Positions 1 to 12,790 of a stretch of 64,000 bases of DNA are shown piece by piece; the first letter of the stretch is position 1; each line of letters opens with the position of its first letter. Source of the DNA: the human T2T-CHM13v2.0 reference genome, Homo sapiens; NCBI RefSeq assembly GCF_009914755.1, contig NC_060940.1; one strand, 5' to 3'. Below the pieces are notes generated by a model. The model did not search any database. It had not been told where the DNA came from and saw nothing but the letters and a program-made list of their open reading frames with translations. The position numbers and the translations under genes are program-made.

Positions 1-1139
1 ATGCATGTAAAATGTCAATCACAGTGCCTGGTTCAAGTAGATGATCATTAATATTTATTATTATTACTGCTACCCCCATTTTTGTTAAAGTATATTTCAT
101 CACTATCTTCTGCTGTTACCAGCTTCTTGCCATCTCATTTGCTGTCTCTTTCCAAAGCTGTGGCTTTGATCCCCAACCACTAAAATGCAGGCTGACCAAA
201 GGAGGACAGTAGCCCTGAAGGTATTCATTGGCATCAGTCACTTGTGGCTTCTAAACAGACCTACTACCCGGGTGTCGGGATTCCTCAGGAATCTTTGGGA
301 AGCAAAACCAATGGAGAACTCAGTGGCGACAAGCTGTGTGTTATTTTTCTGTATTGTAACTGTGCATCTGTGTTTCCCCCTCCTGGCTGGAGCAGAAGCA
401 GGAGCCACTTCGTGCTGTTGGGTGCAGGCTCTGGTGATGATGCTCAAAGAGTAAAGGTTATTGGTCCCAGACATGACAGTTTCCTCTCCAGGGGCCATAA
501 ACAGTAGTGGCTCCAGAATCCAAGCAAAAAGGTGAATGAGAAAAACAGAGTAATGTAGTACATGATGAGCTGGAGAATGGGAACCCAGCCTAAAGAATTT
601 TAAATTAAGATATTTAAAAACTGTGTGAGAGCCAAGAAATCCATATATAGCCCCACAAAATGTGCACCCCCGCCTTTGCCTGAACCCAGCCTTAACAGTT
701 TACAAAGTTTTGTTGCAGTCTACAAACCATTTACGAAGCATTTGGCCCTCTTTACAATCTTGTGTGGTCAGCCGGAATTTATTATCAGAATCTCCATTTT
801 AGAGTGCAAGGAATTGAAGACCTCAACATTTAAATGACTCTTCTAAGAAAAGAGCACACAGTTAAAACTCATGAAATATCTGATTCTAAATACTGCGTTG
901 TTTCTATGAACACACTCAGGGGTGGGGTCTTCGGGGACAGAATCCCTTTCATAAGGTTGTGGAGAGCTGAATCACCCATGAACTCAACTCTTGTTGAAAA
1001 GGGAGAGTCCTCAAAAGAGTGAGTATGATTCATGGGAACTCATCCATGTGAGCAGATCAGTCACTCAAAGAGGATAATAAACTCACAGAATAAAGGACAA
1101 GAGGATATTCGACGTGAGGTCAGGACTTTTCATTCATGG

Positions 1140-1566
1140 GGTATACTGGGTCGAATGCTGCCCCTCAAATTCATGTCCAGCCAGGACCTCAGAATGTGTC
1201 CTTATTTGAAAATAGGGTTTTTGCTAACATGATTAAGGTAAAGAGTGAGGTGAGATCTTATTGGATTTTGGACCCTAAACCCAGTGAATATCCTCATAAG
1301 AGACAGATAAAGACACACATGAAGAAGGCCATGTGAAGATGGGGGCAGAGGTTGGAGTGATGCTGCCATAAGCCAAGGGACACCTGGAACCACCAGAAGC
1401 TGGAGAAGGCAAGAATTCTGCCCTTGAGCCTTCAGAGGGAGCATGCCCCTGCTGACGCCTTGGTTTCTGACTTCTGGCCTCCAGAACCATGAGATAATGT
1501 ATATCTATTGTCTTCAACCACTGAATTTGTGGTCATTTATCACAGCAGTCCCAGAAAGCTATAACA
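1140..1566 (+). mobile_element. MLT1C/MLT1B-like solo LTR (ERVL-MaLR)
   Basis: Diagnostic MLT1 blocks CAGAATGTGTCCTTATTTGAAAATAGGG, CCACCAGAAGCTGGA and GACTTCTGGCCTCCAGAAC; ends ...CTATAACA. Confidence 0.85.
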
Positions 1567-1599
1567 TGAGATGATTGCCTAGGTGCAAGGGGATAAGGA

Positions 1600-1790
1600 C
1601 TCACCATGCACCAGGCACTGAACTTTCACAACCATCCTAACATGGAATCATCAGGAAGCTCCTGTGGGACAGATAACATCGTGTTCATTGTATAGGTGAG
1701 GGAGCTAAGGTTCAGAGAGGGTAAGTGAGTCACTCAATATCACACAGCCCCCTAGAGGGCAGAGCAGAGATAGATCAAGCTCACAGCTGT
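1600..1790 (-). mobile_element. MIR fragment
   Basis: Reverse-complement MIR core (…TATAGGTGAGGGAGCTAAGGTTCAGAGAGGGTAAGTGA…CACACAGC). Confidence 0.7.
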
Positions 1791-1939
1791 GTTTTCAATC
1801 AGCGCTGAGTTGAAGTGTGATTGTGGGACTCACAAAGAATAAGTATGCCCCCCCTACTCTATGCTGAATGAGCTATCCTTTCTGCTCTGTTGCCTCACCC
1901 CTATTTCCCAGGGACAACAAAATGCACATGTGTTTCAAT

Positions 1940-2220
1940 CCAGCCTCTTTGGACTACAAGTGGTGTAAGTTAACTCGCTTAAATCAAAATAAGCAACTGA
2001 ACTCAAAAGGGAGATTTGCTGGATTTGTTGACTGATGAAATGAAAATTCAAGAGGTATTCCAACATCAGGGATGGAGGTTTTGGGGCTCGAGCAGCATCA
2101 ACTGAGAGCGTTTCTGTCTCTTTCATCCCACAGGTTGGCTTTACTGACAGGCAGGTTCCAGTGGAATCAATGGCCGTGAACAGTATTGGGTTTACACACT
2201 ACCAGCTTAGCAACTCCAAT
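1940..2220 (-). mobile_element. Old MLT1J/K-like LTR fragment
   Basis: Degenerate similarity to the copies at 19230, 21080 and 40126. Confidence 0.4.
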
Positions 2221-2307
2221 AGTGATTTTAACCTTAGTCTGTCTGATCCCAGAGCTTGCCTTTGCCATTTTCACTGCAGCATACTGATTTCCAACGTTTT
2301 CTCCCTT

Positions 2308-2580
2308 TATTCATTCCACAAATATTTTTTGAGCACCTACATTCTGCCAGGTGCTGGGCAAGATGCTGGAGATACAGCAGAGAACAAGACAGGTGAGGTC
2401 TCTGGCCTCCTTGAAAGCATTGTTATGCCTAAAGGTAGATGGGGTGTGGGATGCAGAGAAAAGAAGATAATTATATACAGTACAATGTGGTATAATGTTA
2501 GATGGTCATGATATAAACTGTAACAACAGAGGGGTGTGTTTATTTTCAATACAGTGGTCATGGTAGGGCTCTTGAAGAGG
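2308..2580 (-). mobile_element. L2 3' end
   Basis: TCATTCCACAAATATTTTTTGAGCACCTAC…GCCAGG is the reverse complement of the L2 3' terminus. Confidence 0.75.
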
Positions 2581-3459
2581 GGACATTGTATTTACACTTC
2601 AAGAGTAACTGACACATAGAAGACCTTGAACAAATATTTGAATGACTGCATTTAATTCAATTCTCTGCACAAAACTATGATGTCAGTTCATTATGATATC
2701 CATTTTATGGTCCAGTAAACTGAGGTCCAAGGAAGTTAAACAATCTGACCAAGACCACTCAGACGGCCAGCATAAAACTGGGATTTGACCCCAGAGTCCT
2801 TGATCTTGAGCACTGTGATTTTGTTACCTCCCAGGGCCATCACTCCCCACACTCCCAGTGCTGTTTCCACCAGTGATGCTCAAGTGTTCATGCACAGAGT
2901 CCGTGACACCAGGGCCGCAGAAGCCCAGGAGTACAGACAAACACCTCAGGCAAAGCTTGTACCAAAACTACTGCACACGACTCCTTGCCTCCCAAATGCT
3001 GCTGCAGAGCCCACAGATAATGCTCGCCTCTGAGTAGCATCGACCCTTCCTTCCCAAAGGCATCCATGGCGTCTACACCCCTGAAAATGCTCCCTGACAG
3101 TCACCTAGAAAGCCCTCCAGATTAAAGATGAAACATTATTCAAATATCTACCTCTTTTTCTGGGTAACTCTTGCTCAGAGAATTGCAGGGCTAGGCTTAA
3201 AATGTTCTGGCTCCTTGTGCAGCTGAACAAATAGAAACCCAGAAGGGGAAGTCACGTGCCTAAAATTTTACAGGGAGGAAGTAGCAACCCCATGGACATG
3301 AAAGTGTTAAGTGTAAAGGGTATGACATTTAGAGGGAGGCAGTCTCCATTGCAAATTCTGGCTTAACACTTAACACCTCTTTGAGTATCTCCTAAGTACT
3401 TACTACCTGACTAAGAATATTATCTTATTTAACTCAATCAATAGCATGAGGCAGTATTA

Positions 3460-3545
3460 AATATACATAATACTATATATCTTATCTATATATCTAGATA
3501 TATTATATATAATATATGTATCTTTATCTATATATCTTATAGATA
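3460..3545. repeat. Degenerate (TA)n low-complexity tract inside a MIR
   Basis: TATATATCTTATCTATATATCTAGATATATTATATAT…. Confidence 0.8.
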
Positions 3546-3915
3546 AGGAAACCTTAGCCTCAGAAGGGTAAAGTACCAGTTAATTCATGGTACAACCAGA
3601 ATTTGAACCCCATTCTGACAGACTCCAAAGCTCTTGCTCTTAGTTTTTCGGTTTTTTGTTTTTTCGGGTTTTTTTTTTCTTGTTTTTTTTTTTTTTTTTT
3701 TTCCCCGCTGGATGTTGTATTTCCACTTTGCACGGACATGACTCTTGAAGTTTTCAGGGAGATTGCACAGCTGAGAAGCCAGAAGCAACCTTGGCTGATA
3801 AATTACTATCCTGGCTGGGATTTCCCTCACCAATTGCTAAGCAAAAGGAACACATAAATTTTGGAGCAACCACCTTTTTAGGTGTGAGTTTGGAGCCTTG
3901 TAGAATAGAAGACTG

Positions 3916-4204
3916 GGCCAGGTGCAGTGTCTCACACCTGTAATCCCAGCACTTTGGGAGGCCGAGGTGGGCAGATCACTTGAGGTCAGGAGCTCGAGAC
4001 CAGCCTGGCCAACATGGTGAAACCCTGTCTTTACTAAAAATACAAAAATTCGCTGGGCGTGGTGGGGCGAGCCTGTAATCCCAGCTACTCAGGAGGCTGA
4101 GGCAGGAGAATCACTTAAATGCAGGAGGTGGAGGTTGCAGTGTCCTGAGATCATGCCACTGCACTGCAGCCTGGGTGACAGAGTGAGACTCCGTCAAAAA
4201 AAAA
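3916..4204 (+). mobile_element. AluS, full length
   Basis: Dimeric Alu with A-tail; TSD AATAGAAGACTG at 3904-3915 and 4206-4217. Confidence 0.97.
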
Positions 4205-5069
4205 CAATAGAAGACTGATAGTGTCAACAGTTTAGCATTGATCTGGTGACATCATGATCATCATCCTTATTTTCCTCATCATCACAATAACATCAGAACC
4301 ACTATTTGTTAAAGGCCTAGCAAATATCAAATCTTATGCCATGTGCCTTGCATGTACTTTCCAACTTCATCCTCACAATAATGCTGTAATACAGATGACA
4401 CCTACCCAGTTTTTACCATTGAGAAAAGAAAGATCCAAAGAAGCCGAATAATTTGTCCAAGATCGCACACTGGTGAAGTGGTACAGCTAGAATTCTATTC
4501 AAGGTCTTTTTGAATCCACAGCACTGCCAGTTTCACCAAATGGTCTGATTGTTAAGAACCAGGATAAGTTTCCCTTTAAACAAGATCAAAAAAAGCAGAC
4601 GGAAATGCCAGCATCCAATTAAATAAGAATCCTGCATGGATGATCAAGGAGAGATGAGTGGAGGGACACATATGTCTTTGAGCCAGTGAGCTAAAACAAG
4701 TGGGGGCTTCCTACAAGGGAGTCTATGGATTTGGCTGTTGCCCCTGGCAACAGACACAGGCAATTGGTTGAATAGCCCCTCCACCCCTGAGCATGGGAAA
4801 GGCTGGTCTTGGAAGCAGCCATTGTTTCAAACATTGCTTCTGCTTGAGGTCTTGCTGCTTGTGAAATAGTTCCCTCTCTCTTCCTGAACATTCCACCTGT
4901 TGCGTCCCCTGGCAGGAGCCAGCAGCTTAGCAAAGATGAATCTTCTCTCACGCCATGGCCTGTCACATGGACATCTGGAGTTCTGACCTGCTCAGGATCC
5001 TCTCCCTCTTCTTTTGTATCAGAACTCTCCATGATGGCACCACACCGGTCCCGATCCACTTCTACTATC

Positions 5070-5300
5070 ACACGGTGTAAAGTCTGGCCAATCAGAGCAG
5101 CTCATTCAATGGGCCACAATGATTGGTTCAGGGAGAAACATGTGACATAAGCTGGGCCAGTTAGATTCCTTCCTGGGACTTTTAATTTGGATTTGAGAGA
5201 GGGATGATTTCTTGCCAAACTGGTAGGACGTAAATTTGGGGCTGCCAGTGACCATCTTGCCTGTCGTGTGGATGGCACCTGAATTAACAGTGTAGGAAGG
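5070..5300 (+). mobile_element. Old MLT1J/K-like LTR fragment
   Basis: GCCAATCAGAG…GGCCACAATGATTGGTTCAGGG…ATGTGAC…GCTGGGCCA motif, shared with the copy at 28060-28521. Confidence 0.55.
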
Positions 5301-5588
5301 GGGCCCAGAGAACACTAGGCTCTCTAATTCAGCCCTCTTGCCTAGAGCCAGACTTGTCTTTGGAGATGTCTTTGTCCTATAAGAAAGGAAATCAGTAATC
5401 AGAAAAAGGAGTTAGAAATGTGCAACCCTGTCCAACTTTCTACAAAATTCCTCAGTGCTACAACTTTAGTCCAAGCAACCACCATCTCTTACCCAGAAAA
5501 GAAGATTATTGTTCTCCCTGCTTCTTCCCACCCTTCCATTTCATTTTCCTCAGCCTACAGAGTGACAATTTTTAAAAATGCAAATCAG

Positions 5589-5841
5589 TTTTGCATGTTA
5601 GTATCATCTTATTTCATACTGAAGAATTCCCATTAGCATTTCTTGGAAGGCAAGTGTAAGGGTGATGAATTCCCTCAGCTTGTGTTTGTCTGGGAAAGAA
5701 TTTATCTCTCATATTTGAAGAAGAAAAGCTTTGCTGAGTGCAGTATTCTCATCAGTAGTAAGTCATTACCTATCAATAATAACATTAAATGTATACAGAC
5801 TAAATTCTCCAATTGAAAGACGTAAAGTAGCTAAATGGATA
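5589..5841. mobile_element. Short L1M insertion: antisense ORF1-end piece (5589-5750) plus sense ORF2-start piece (5752-5841), inside an L2
   Basis: GAAGAATTCCCATTAGCATTTC…TCCCTCAGCTTGTGTTTGTCTGGGAAAG matches L1 antisense; AGTAAGTCATTACCTATCAATAATAACATTAAATGTA…AATGGATAA matches the ORF2 endonuclease start. Confidence 0.75.
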
Positions 5842-5922
5842 ACAACGTGAATCAGATTATAAGATTTCCTGATGCCCTGAAGATTAGTAAAAGTCCTTTC
5901 TACTGCCTATGAAGCCCTACAT

Positions 5923-6142
5923 CAGAGGTCTGCAAACTGACCTGTGGGCCAAATCCAGCCCAATTCCTGTTTTTGTAAAGACAGTTTTATTGGCACAAAA
6001 CCATATTCACCCATTTTTACATGTTCATGGCTGCTTTCTCTGTCAATAGAAGATTTGAGTAGCTGAAAAAGAAACCATACGGTCTGTTAAGCCTAATATA
6101 TTTGCTATCAGGCCGTTTACTGGAAGAATTTGCTGACCCCTG
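5923..6142 (+). mobile_element. MER58A (hAT-Charlie MITE)
   Basis: TIRs CAGAGGTCTGCAAAC…TTTGCTGACCCCTG; internal GGGCCAAATCCAGCC and TATTTGCTATCAGGCC. Confidence 0.85.
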
Positions 6143-6569
6143 TGGTATATCATCTGGCTCCTGTGTCTGGCTCATCCATGCAACTCTCCAATTTCCTGCT
6201 GTGCTACAGCCACACTGCCCTCCATAAAGCTCATCCTCACCCTGGGCCAACATTCATCTCTTCTATCTTTACATGGCTGACTCTTAACCACTGATATCTT
6301 ACCTTGAATACTTCGGAGATATCATTATGTTGTTTTAATTTCTTCATAAAGCCTATTACTTTGGGAAATCATGCATTTATTGCTTTACTTAACTAATTCA
6401 TCCAACAAATATTTATTGAATATCTACTATGTGCTCAGTAATTGGTGAATGCCAGTAATGGAAAAAAAAATGATTCTTGTCTTTTTAGAGCTCCCATTCT
6501 GCTTAGGGAAGATTGAAGATAAAGATGTAAGCACATTATCAGTGGGTTTTTTTCTAGTGAGAAAGGCTA

Positions 6570-8895
6570 TATATTAGGGTTCTCTGGAGAAAACAGAACC
6601 AATAACTATATAGAGATTTGTAAGAAGAGATTTATCATGGGAATTAGCTCATGAGATTATGGAGGAAGGAAAAGAAGTCCCACAAGATGCTGTCTGCAAG
6701 CTGGAGAATAAGGAAAAATGGTGTTGTAATTTAGTTCAAGTCCAAAGGCCTGAGAACCAGGATCTCTGATATACAATGGCAGAAGATGTATATCCTAGCT
6801 CAAGAAGAGAGAGAGAGGGAGAGAATTTGCCATTTTTCTGCATTTTTGCTCTATTCAGGCCCTCAATGGTTTGGATCATGCTAACTCACATTGATAAGGG
6901 GGGATATTCTTTGCTTAGTCTACTGATTCAAATTCTAATCTCTTTTGGAAAAACTCTCACTGAAAATTTAAGGGAACCCAAATAAATGGAAAGATATCCC
7001 ATGTTCATGAATTGGAAGAATTAATATTATTAAAATGTTAATACTACCTAAAGTGATAAACAGATTTAGTGAATATTTATGAAAATATCAAAGACATTCT
7101 TCACAGAAATAGAAAAAAAAACATAAAATTAGTATAGAACCACAAAAGACCCAGAATAGAGAAAACAATTTTGAGCTGAAAGGACAAAGCTGGCGGCATC
7201 ACACTACCTGACTTCAAAATACATTACAAGTCTATAATATGCAAAATAGCATGATACTGGTATAAAAACAGAGACATAGACCAATAGAAGAGAATAGAGA
7301 ACAAAGAAATAAATCCATGCACTTAAAGTCAGCCAATTTTTGACCAAGGCACCAAGAACACACATATGGGAAAGGACAGTCTCTTCAACAAATGATGCTT
7401 GAATAACTAAATATCCACATGGAGAATAAGACTGGACCTTATCTCTCACCATATAAAAAAGTCAACTCACAATGAATTAAAGATTTGCATGTGAGACTCA
7501 AAACAATAAAACTACTAAAAGAAACATAGAAAACACTTTACAACGTTGGTCTGGGCCAGGATATTTTGGATAAGACCTAAAAAGCATAGGCAATGGAAGC
7601 AAAAACTGAATAAACAAAACTACATTAAATGAAACAACTTCTGTACAATGAAGGAAACAACAGAGTGAAGAGACAACCTACAGAATGGGAGAAAATATTT
7701 GCAAACTATGCATCTGACAAGAGGTTAATATCCAGAACATATAAGGAACTCAAACACCTCAATAGCAAAGTAAGTAAGTATTCTAATTAAAAAGGGGCAA
7801 AAGACCTGAACAGACATTTCTCAAAACAAGACAAACAAGTGGCTACAAATATACTTTTTTAGATGCTCAACATCATTAATTATCAGGGAAATGCAAATCA
7901 GAACCACAGTGAAGTATCACTTCACCCCAGTTAGAATAGCCATTATCAAAAAGACAAAAAATAACAAACACTGCCAGAGATGTGGAGAAAGGAGAACACA
8001 TACCTTTTTGGTGGGAATGCAAATGAGTACAGCCAGCCATTATGGAAAACAGTATTAAGGTTTCTCAAAATATTAAAAGTAGAACTACCATATGATCCAG
8101 TAATCCCACAGCTGGGTATATATACAAAGAAAATAAAATGAAGGTATGAAAGATATAGCTGCACTCTCATGTTTATTGCAACACTTTACACAATAGCCAA
8201 GATATAGAATCAACCTGTATCCCACAGTGAATGAATGGATAAAGAACATATAGTACATTTAGGCAATAAAATACTATTTGGCCACATAAAAAAGAGAGAA
8301 AATTCCTGTTATTTGCAGCAATGTGGATGAATCTGGAGATCATTATGTTAAGTGAAATAAGCCAGGCACAGAAAGACGAATACCACACAATCTCTCTCAT
8401 ATGTAGAATGTTAAAATGCTGATCTCATATAAGTAGAAAGTAAAATAATTGTTGCCAGAGACTGGGAGTGTAGGAGGTTAGGGAAATTGGGAGATGTAGG
8501 TCAGTGGGTACAAAGTTAGATAGGAGGAAAAAGTTCTGGTGTGCTATTGCACAGTAGGATGACTATGGTTAACAATATTTTATATAAGAAATGATAAATG
8601 TATTAGGTGATGGATATGGTAAATATGATTTATTCATTGCACAATGAATACGGGTATTGAAACAGCACACTGTACCCCATAAATGTGTACAATTATTATG
8701 TGTCAATTAAAAACAAACAAAAAATATATGCATCATGGTTTGTGCAAAGTTTAGAGTGTAAGTGTAAGATCTTTCAGAAAACTAATAGGTTGCTTTTATA
8801 TTTAAGAAAAAAAAACTCTAATAGTAATAATTTTTTGCCAGCTATCTGCACACCCCTTAGGTCAGTCAAGGTGACACATAAAATTAACCATTATA
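6570..8895 (-). mobile_element. MLT2B-like solo LTR (ERVL), split by an L1 into 6570-6960 and 8811-8895
   Basis: TATTAGGGTTCTCTGGAGAAAACAGAACCAATA at one end; CAGTCAAGGTGACACATAAAATTAACCAT at the other. Confidence 0.85.
6961..8724 (+). mobile_element. 5'-truncated L1MA (L1MA4/5-like): 3' ORF2 plus 3' UTR, decayed
   Basis: AAATAAATGGAAAGATATCCCATGTTCATG; CATCACACTACCTGACTTCAAA; 3' UTR …CACTGTACCCCATAAATGTGTACAATTATTATGTGTCAATTAAAAACAAAC. Confidence 0.92.
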
Positions 8896-8997
8896 GGTTA
8901 TGAAGACAATAAAACAGAGTGATCTTTTAGGAAATGACTGTAGAAGTGGGGAGTATTTTAGATTGTGTATACAAGGAAGTGTTAATATTAGAGCTGA

Positions 8998-9318
<321 letters not shown>

Positions 9319-10096
9319 TCAATGATGAGAAGGAGTGACCCCGGGAAGATCTAGAATATTTCAGGAAAAGGAAACTACAGCAAGTGCAAAGCCCCCGAGG
9401 CAGGAGAGAGGTTGGAACAGTGGAAAGAAAGCAGTGTGGCTGGACTAGATGGGATGAGGGATGAGGCATTCACATCCCCCTCTCTAGATTTTAAGCTCCG
9501 TGAAGACCTTGTTCATTTTGTTCACAGCCCTATCTCCAGCCCCTAGAAACTCTCCCATTCAGTTTTACTCATCCATGCAGAAAGAAAGTTAAACTAGATG
9601 ATGCGTAAGTGCCTCGCCACCTCAAACCTTCTATAATTTGAACTTTCTAAAATAACAGAATTGAGTCCACTGACTTCCCTTTCCGGAACCAGCAAAATGT
9701 CCTCGTCATCATTTTAAAAACTGTCCAAGTGGCAACTCTTAACCATAGATCAGCAAACACACAGCTAAGCCGGGGATTTTTCCAGCACGTTTTCTTGGAT
9801 GTGCAGTTTGTTGGAATGTAAATGAAGCAAGATTCTGTGGGTGAAAGTCTGGACCCTTCAACTCCAGGTCTTCCTGAGAAAGTCAGATACACAAGGAAGC
9901 TTTTAAAAATAGCTTCCCTACCACATTTTTAATGCATACTCAGTTTTTAAAATGTTAGTAAGTATTCACTGCGAATGGAGGAGGAACAAGTGACTAATAA
10001 AAGTTTTCCCTCTCAGTTTACATGTCTCTGTCCCTGCTTCTTTCCCAACTTGATTTGTGGGAAGAACACATTCTTCTTCAAGAAGTGATGGGCACA

Positions 10097-10390
10097 GGCC
10101 AGGTGCAGTGGCTCACACTTGTAATCCCAGCACTTTGGGAGGCCAAGGTGGGCGGATCAAAAGGTCAGGCGTTCGAGACCAGCCTGGCCAACACAGTGAA
10201 ACCGCATCTCTACTAAAAATACAAAAAATTAGCCGGGCATGTTGGTGGGTGCCTGTAATCCCAGCTACTTGGGAGGCTGAGGCAAGGAGAATCGCTTGAA
10301 CCTGGGAGGCGGAGGTTGCAGTGAGCCGAGATCACGCCACTGCACTCCAGCCTGGGCGACAGTGAGAGACTCCATCTCGAAAAAAAAAAA
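10097..10390 (+). mobile_element. AluS (Sg-like)
   Basis: 17-bp TSD AAGAAGTGATGGGCACA at 10080-10096 and 10391-10407. Confidence 0.97.
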
Positions 10391-10444
10391 AAGAAGTGAT
10401 GGGCACAAAGATAAAAATCCACTGAAGATCTTTGCTCTTCTTTC

Positions 10445-10945
10445 TTACACACAGACACACACGTACACACATACACTCCTACAAACACACACAAATGTCC
10501 CAGATGCACAGCCATTGATGCTATTTACTAAAATACACATAAGCACCAACACAAACTTATATTCACAACCTTCAGCACATACACAAATATTCACATGCAC
10601 ACACACCTATAAGCACATATGTGGGTATTCGTATGCATCCTGACACACTTTGGATTTGTGTTTGTAAGTACATGAGTACATGAATGGGTTTGCCTATTCA
10701 CATACATATATCTTACATGTAAGTTACAAAGTACATACATATGGGCTTGCATGTAAATCCTGAGATACACATACATGTAAAGACATAGGACACAAGCCCT
10801 TACAAACAGAAGCATATGTGACTGTGGGCACATGCACTGACATACATTCATGTACATAAGTACTTACAAACATACCACATGCATACAATCATTACTCCCC
10901 ACACACAGCAGGCAGACACAATTGCTGTGCACAAACATAGACACA
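10445..10945. repeat. Degenerate CA/TACA-rich simple repeat, about 500 bp
   Basis: Continuous ACAC/ACAT/ATAC-rich composition. Confidence 0.8.
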
Positions 10946-11001
10946 AAGGGGCTTCATACTGCTTTCCTGAGTGATCAGGTGAAAAAAAAGTACAATTGGT
11001 A

Positions 11002-11349
<348 letters not shown>

Positions 11350-12165
11350 CTAGAAAATAGAAAATCAGTTGTAGTGGAATAAGTGAAGTAGTCAGAAAAT
11401 AAGATGCAGGCTTCTCCAGAATGAGAGGTCTGTGTTCATCTCTGCAGAGAAACCAAGAGCGAGGAGCTCAGGCTCTGCAGGGAGCTGGATCTGCTCTCCT
11501 GAAATTCATGAAATCCTCACCAGAGGGAGTCTCCCCGGTGGTTCCCCATCATCCCACAAATTAATATTAACAACACCCTTCCATTTGTGCTTTCTTTTGA
11601 CTTTGGAGGAAATGCATTCCTGTCTATGTTCCGTTTGTATTTTTAAGCTTCCACCGAGGTGGGAAGGGCAGGTGTCACGATGCCATTTCAGAGGCAGCAA
11701 CCACCAAGACATGGCAGTGGTCTTCATGCACCTTCTATGGTATCGGGCTTTGTGGCAAGTGCTTTTGTTACCTTAGCTGATTTCATCCCTGCAACAACCC
11801 TGGAGGTAAATGTATTAATATCGCCATTTCGCAGTTGAGTAAATTGAGGATAAAAACAGCAACAACTTGCTCGAGGTCACAACGGATGACGCTGCTATTT
11901 AAAGCCAGGTTGGCTTTGAAAAGACCGGCCCAGGGGGTGGTGGAGCCTGGGGTGCTTTAGAATAATGAGATTTTTTTTAAAGCCTTATTTTTAAACAGTT
12001 TTTTTTTAAGTGAGAATAGCCAGACCCACTTCACAAGGTCAGGCTAGCTCTCTTCACTTCTAATAATTGGCCTCTGTCCCAAGGGAGCAATTCTCTGTGG
12101 GAAGCAGAAGTTACAAAAGCCACAAAAGGAGCAAAAGATGACCATGTTCAGGCTGTTGACTATAG

Positions 12166-12382
12166 CAGAGTTTCTCAACCACAGGCGCTATTGATCTCTT
12201 GGGCCAGATAATCGTTTGTTGTGGGGGCCTGTTCTGTGCACTGTGGGATATAGAGCCACAATGCTGGCCTCTGCAATCTAGATGCCAGTAGCACCCTCCA
12301 TCCATTGTGACAACAAAAAATGTCTCCAGACATTGCCAAATGACCCCTGGGGGACAAAAACACCCCTGACTGAGAACCACTG
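12166..12382 (+). mobile_element. MER20 (hAT-Charlie)
   Basis: CAGAGTTTCTCAACC…CTAGATGCCAGTAGCAC…GTGACAACAAAAAATGTCTCCAGACATTGCCAAATG…TGAGAACCACTG. Confidence 0.92.
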
Positions 12383-12399
12383 GACCACAACCTGCTTTC

Positions 12400-12790
12400 T
12401 GAACACCTGCTATGTGCCAAGCATTAAATGATGTGTTTTAGTTCACTTGCTCTTCCCAACAACTCCAGAAAGTAGGACTATTCATTTCCCCATTCTGTAA
12501 GTGAAGAAACTGAGGCACCAAGAGGGCAGATTACTTGACTAAGATGACACATATTTTTCCACCATCTTCTATTACCACTTCCAATATTAGCAACTACTAT
12601 TGAACACTCTATCTCATTCTACGCTAGGCACTGTGCTTTACATGATCTGTTTTAAGTTTTACCGCAAATCTCTACAGTAGCTACCACTAACCACTACCAT
12701 TTTACAGGTGGGAGAACAGAGGCCCACCTAGCAAAAAGGTAAAGCAGGGATTCGATCTTGTGTCCATGTGACTTAAAGCCTAAGTGCTCA
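12400..12790 (-). mobile_element. Two MIR fragments
   Basis: Cores GAAGAAACTGAGGCAC and CCATTTTACAGGTGGGAGAACAGAGGCCC. Confidence 0.7.

Noticed and set aside
140-226. Possible small exon (polypyrimidine…CCAAAG acceptor, GAAG/GTATTC donor)
   Set aside because: The donor is weak and such signals are common by chance; there is no transcript evidence.
3817-3826. NF-kB-type site GGGATTTCCC
   Set aside because: It is an isolated 10-mer. A match to the degenerate consensus is expected by chance in 64 kb.
6961-8400. L1 ORF2 as a coding region
   Set aside because: It is 5'-truncated with many stops and frameshifts, and the track shows no long plus-strand ORF.
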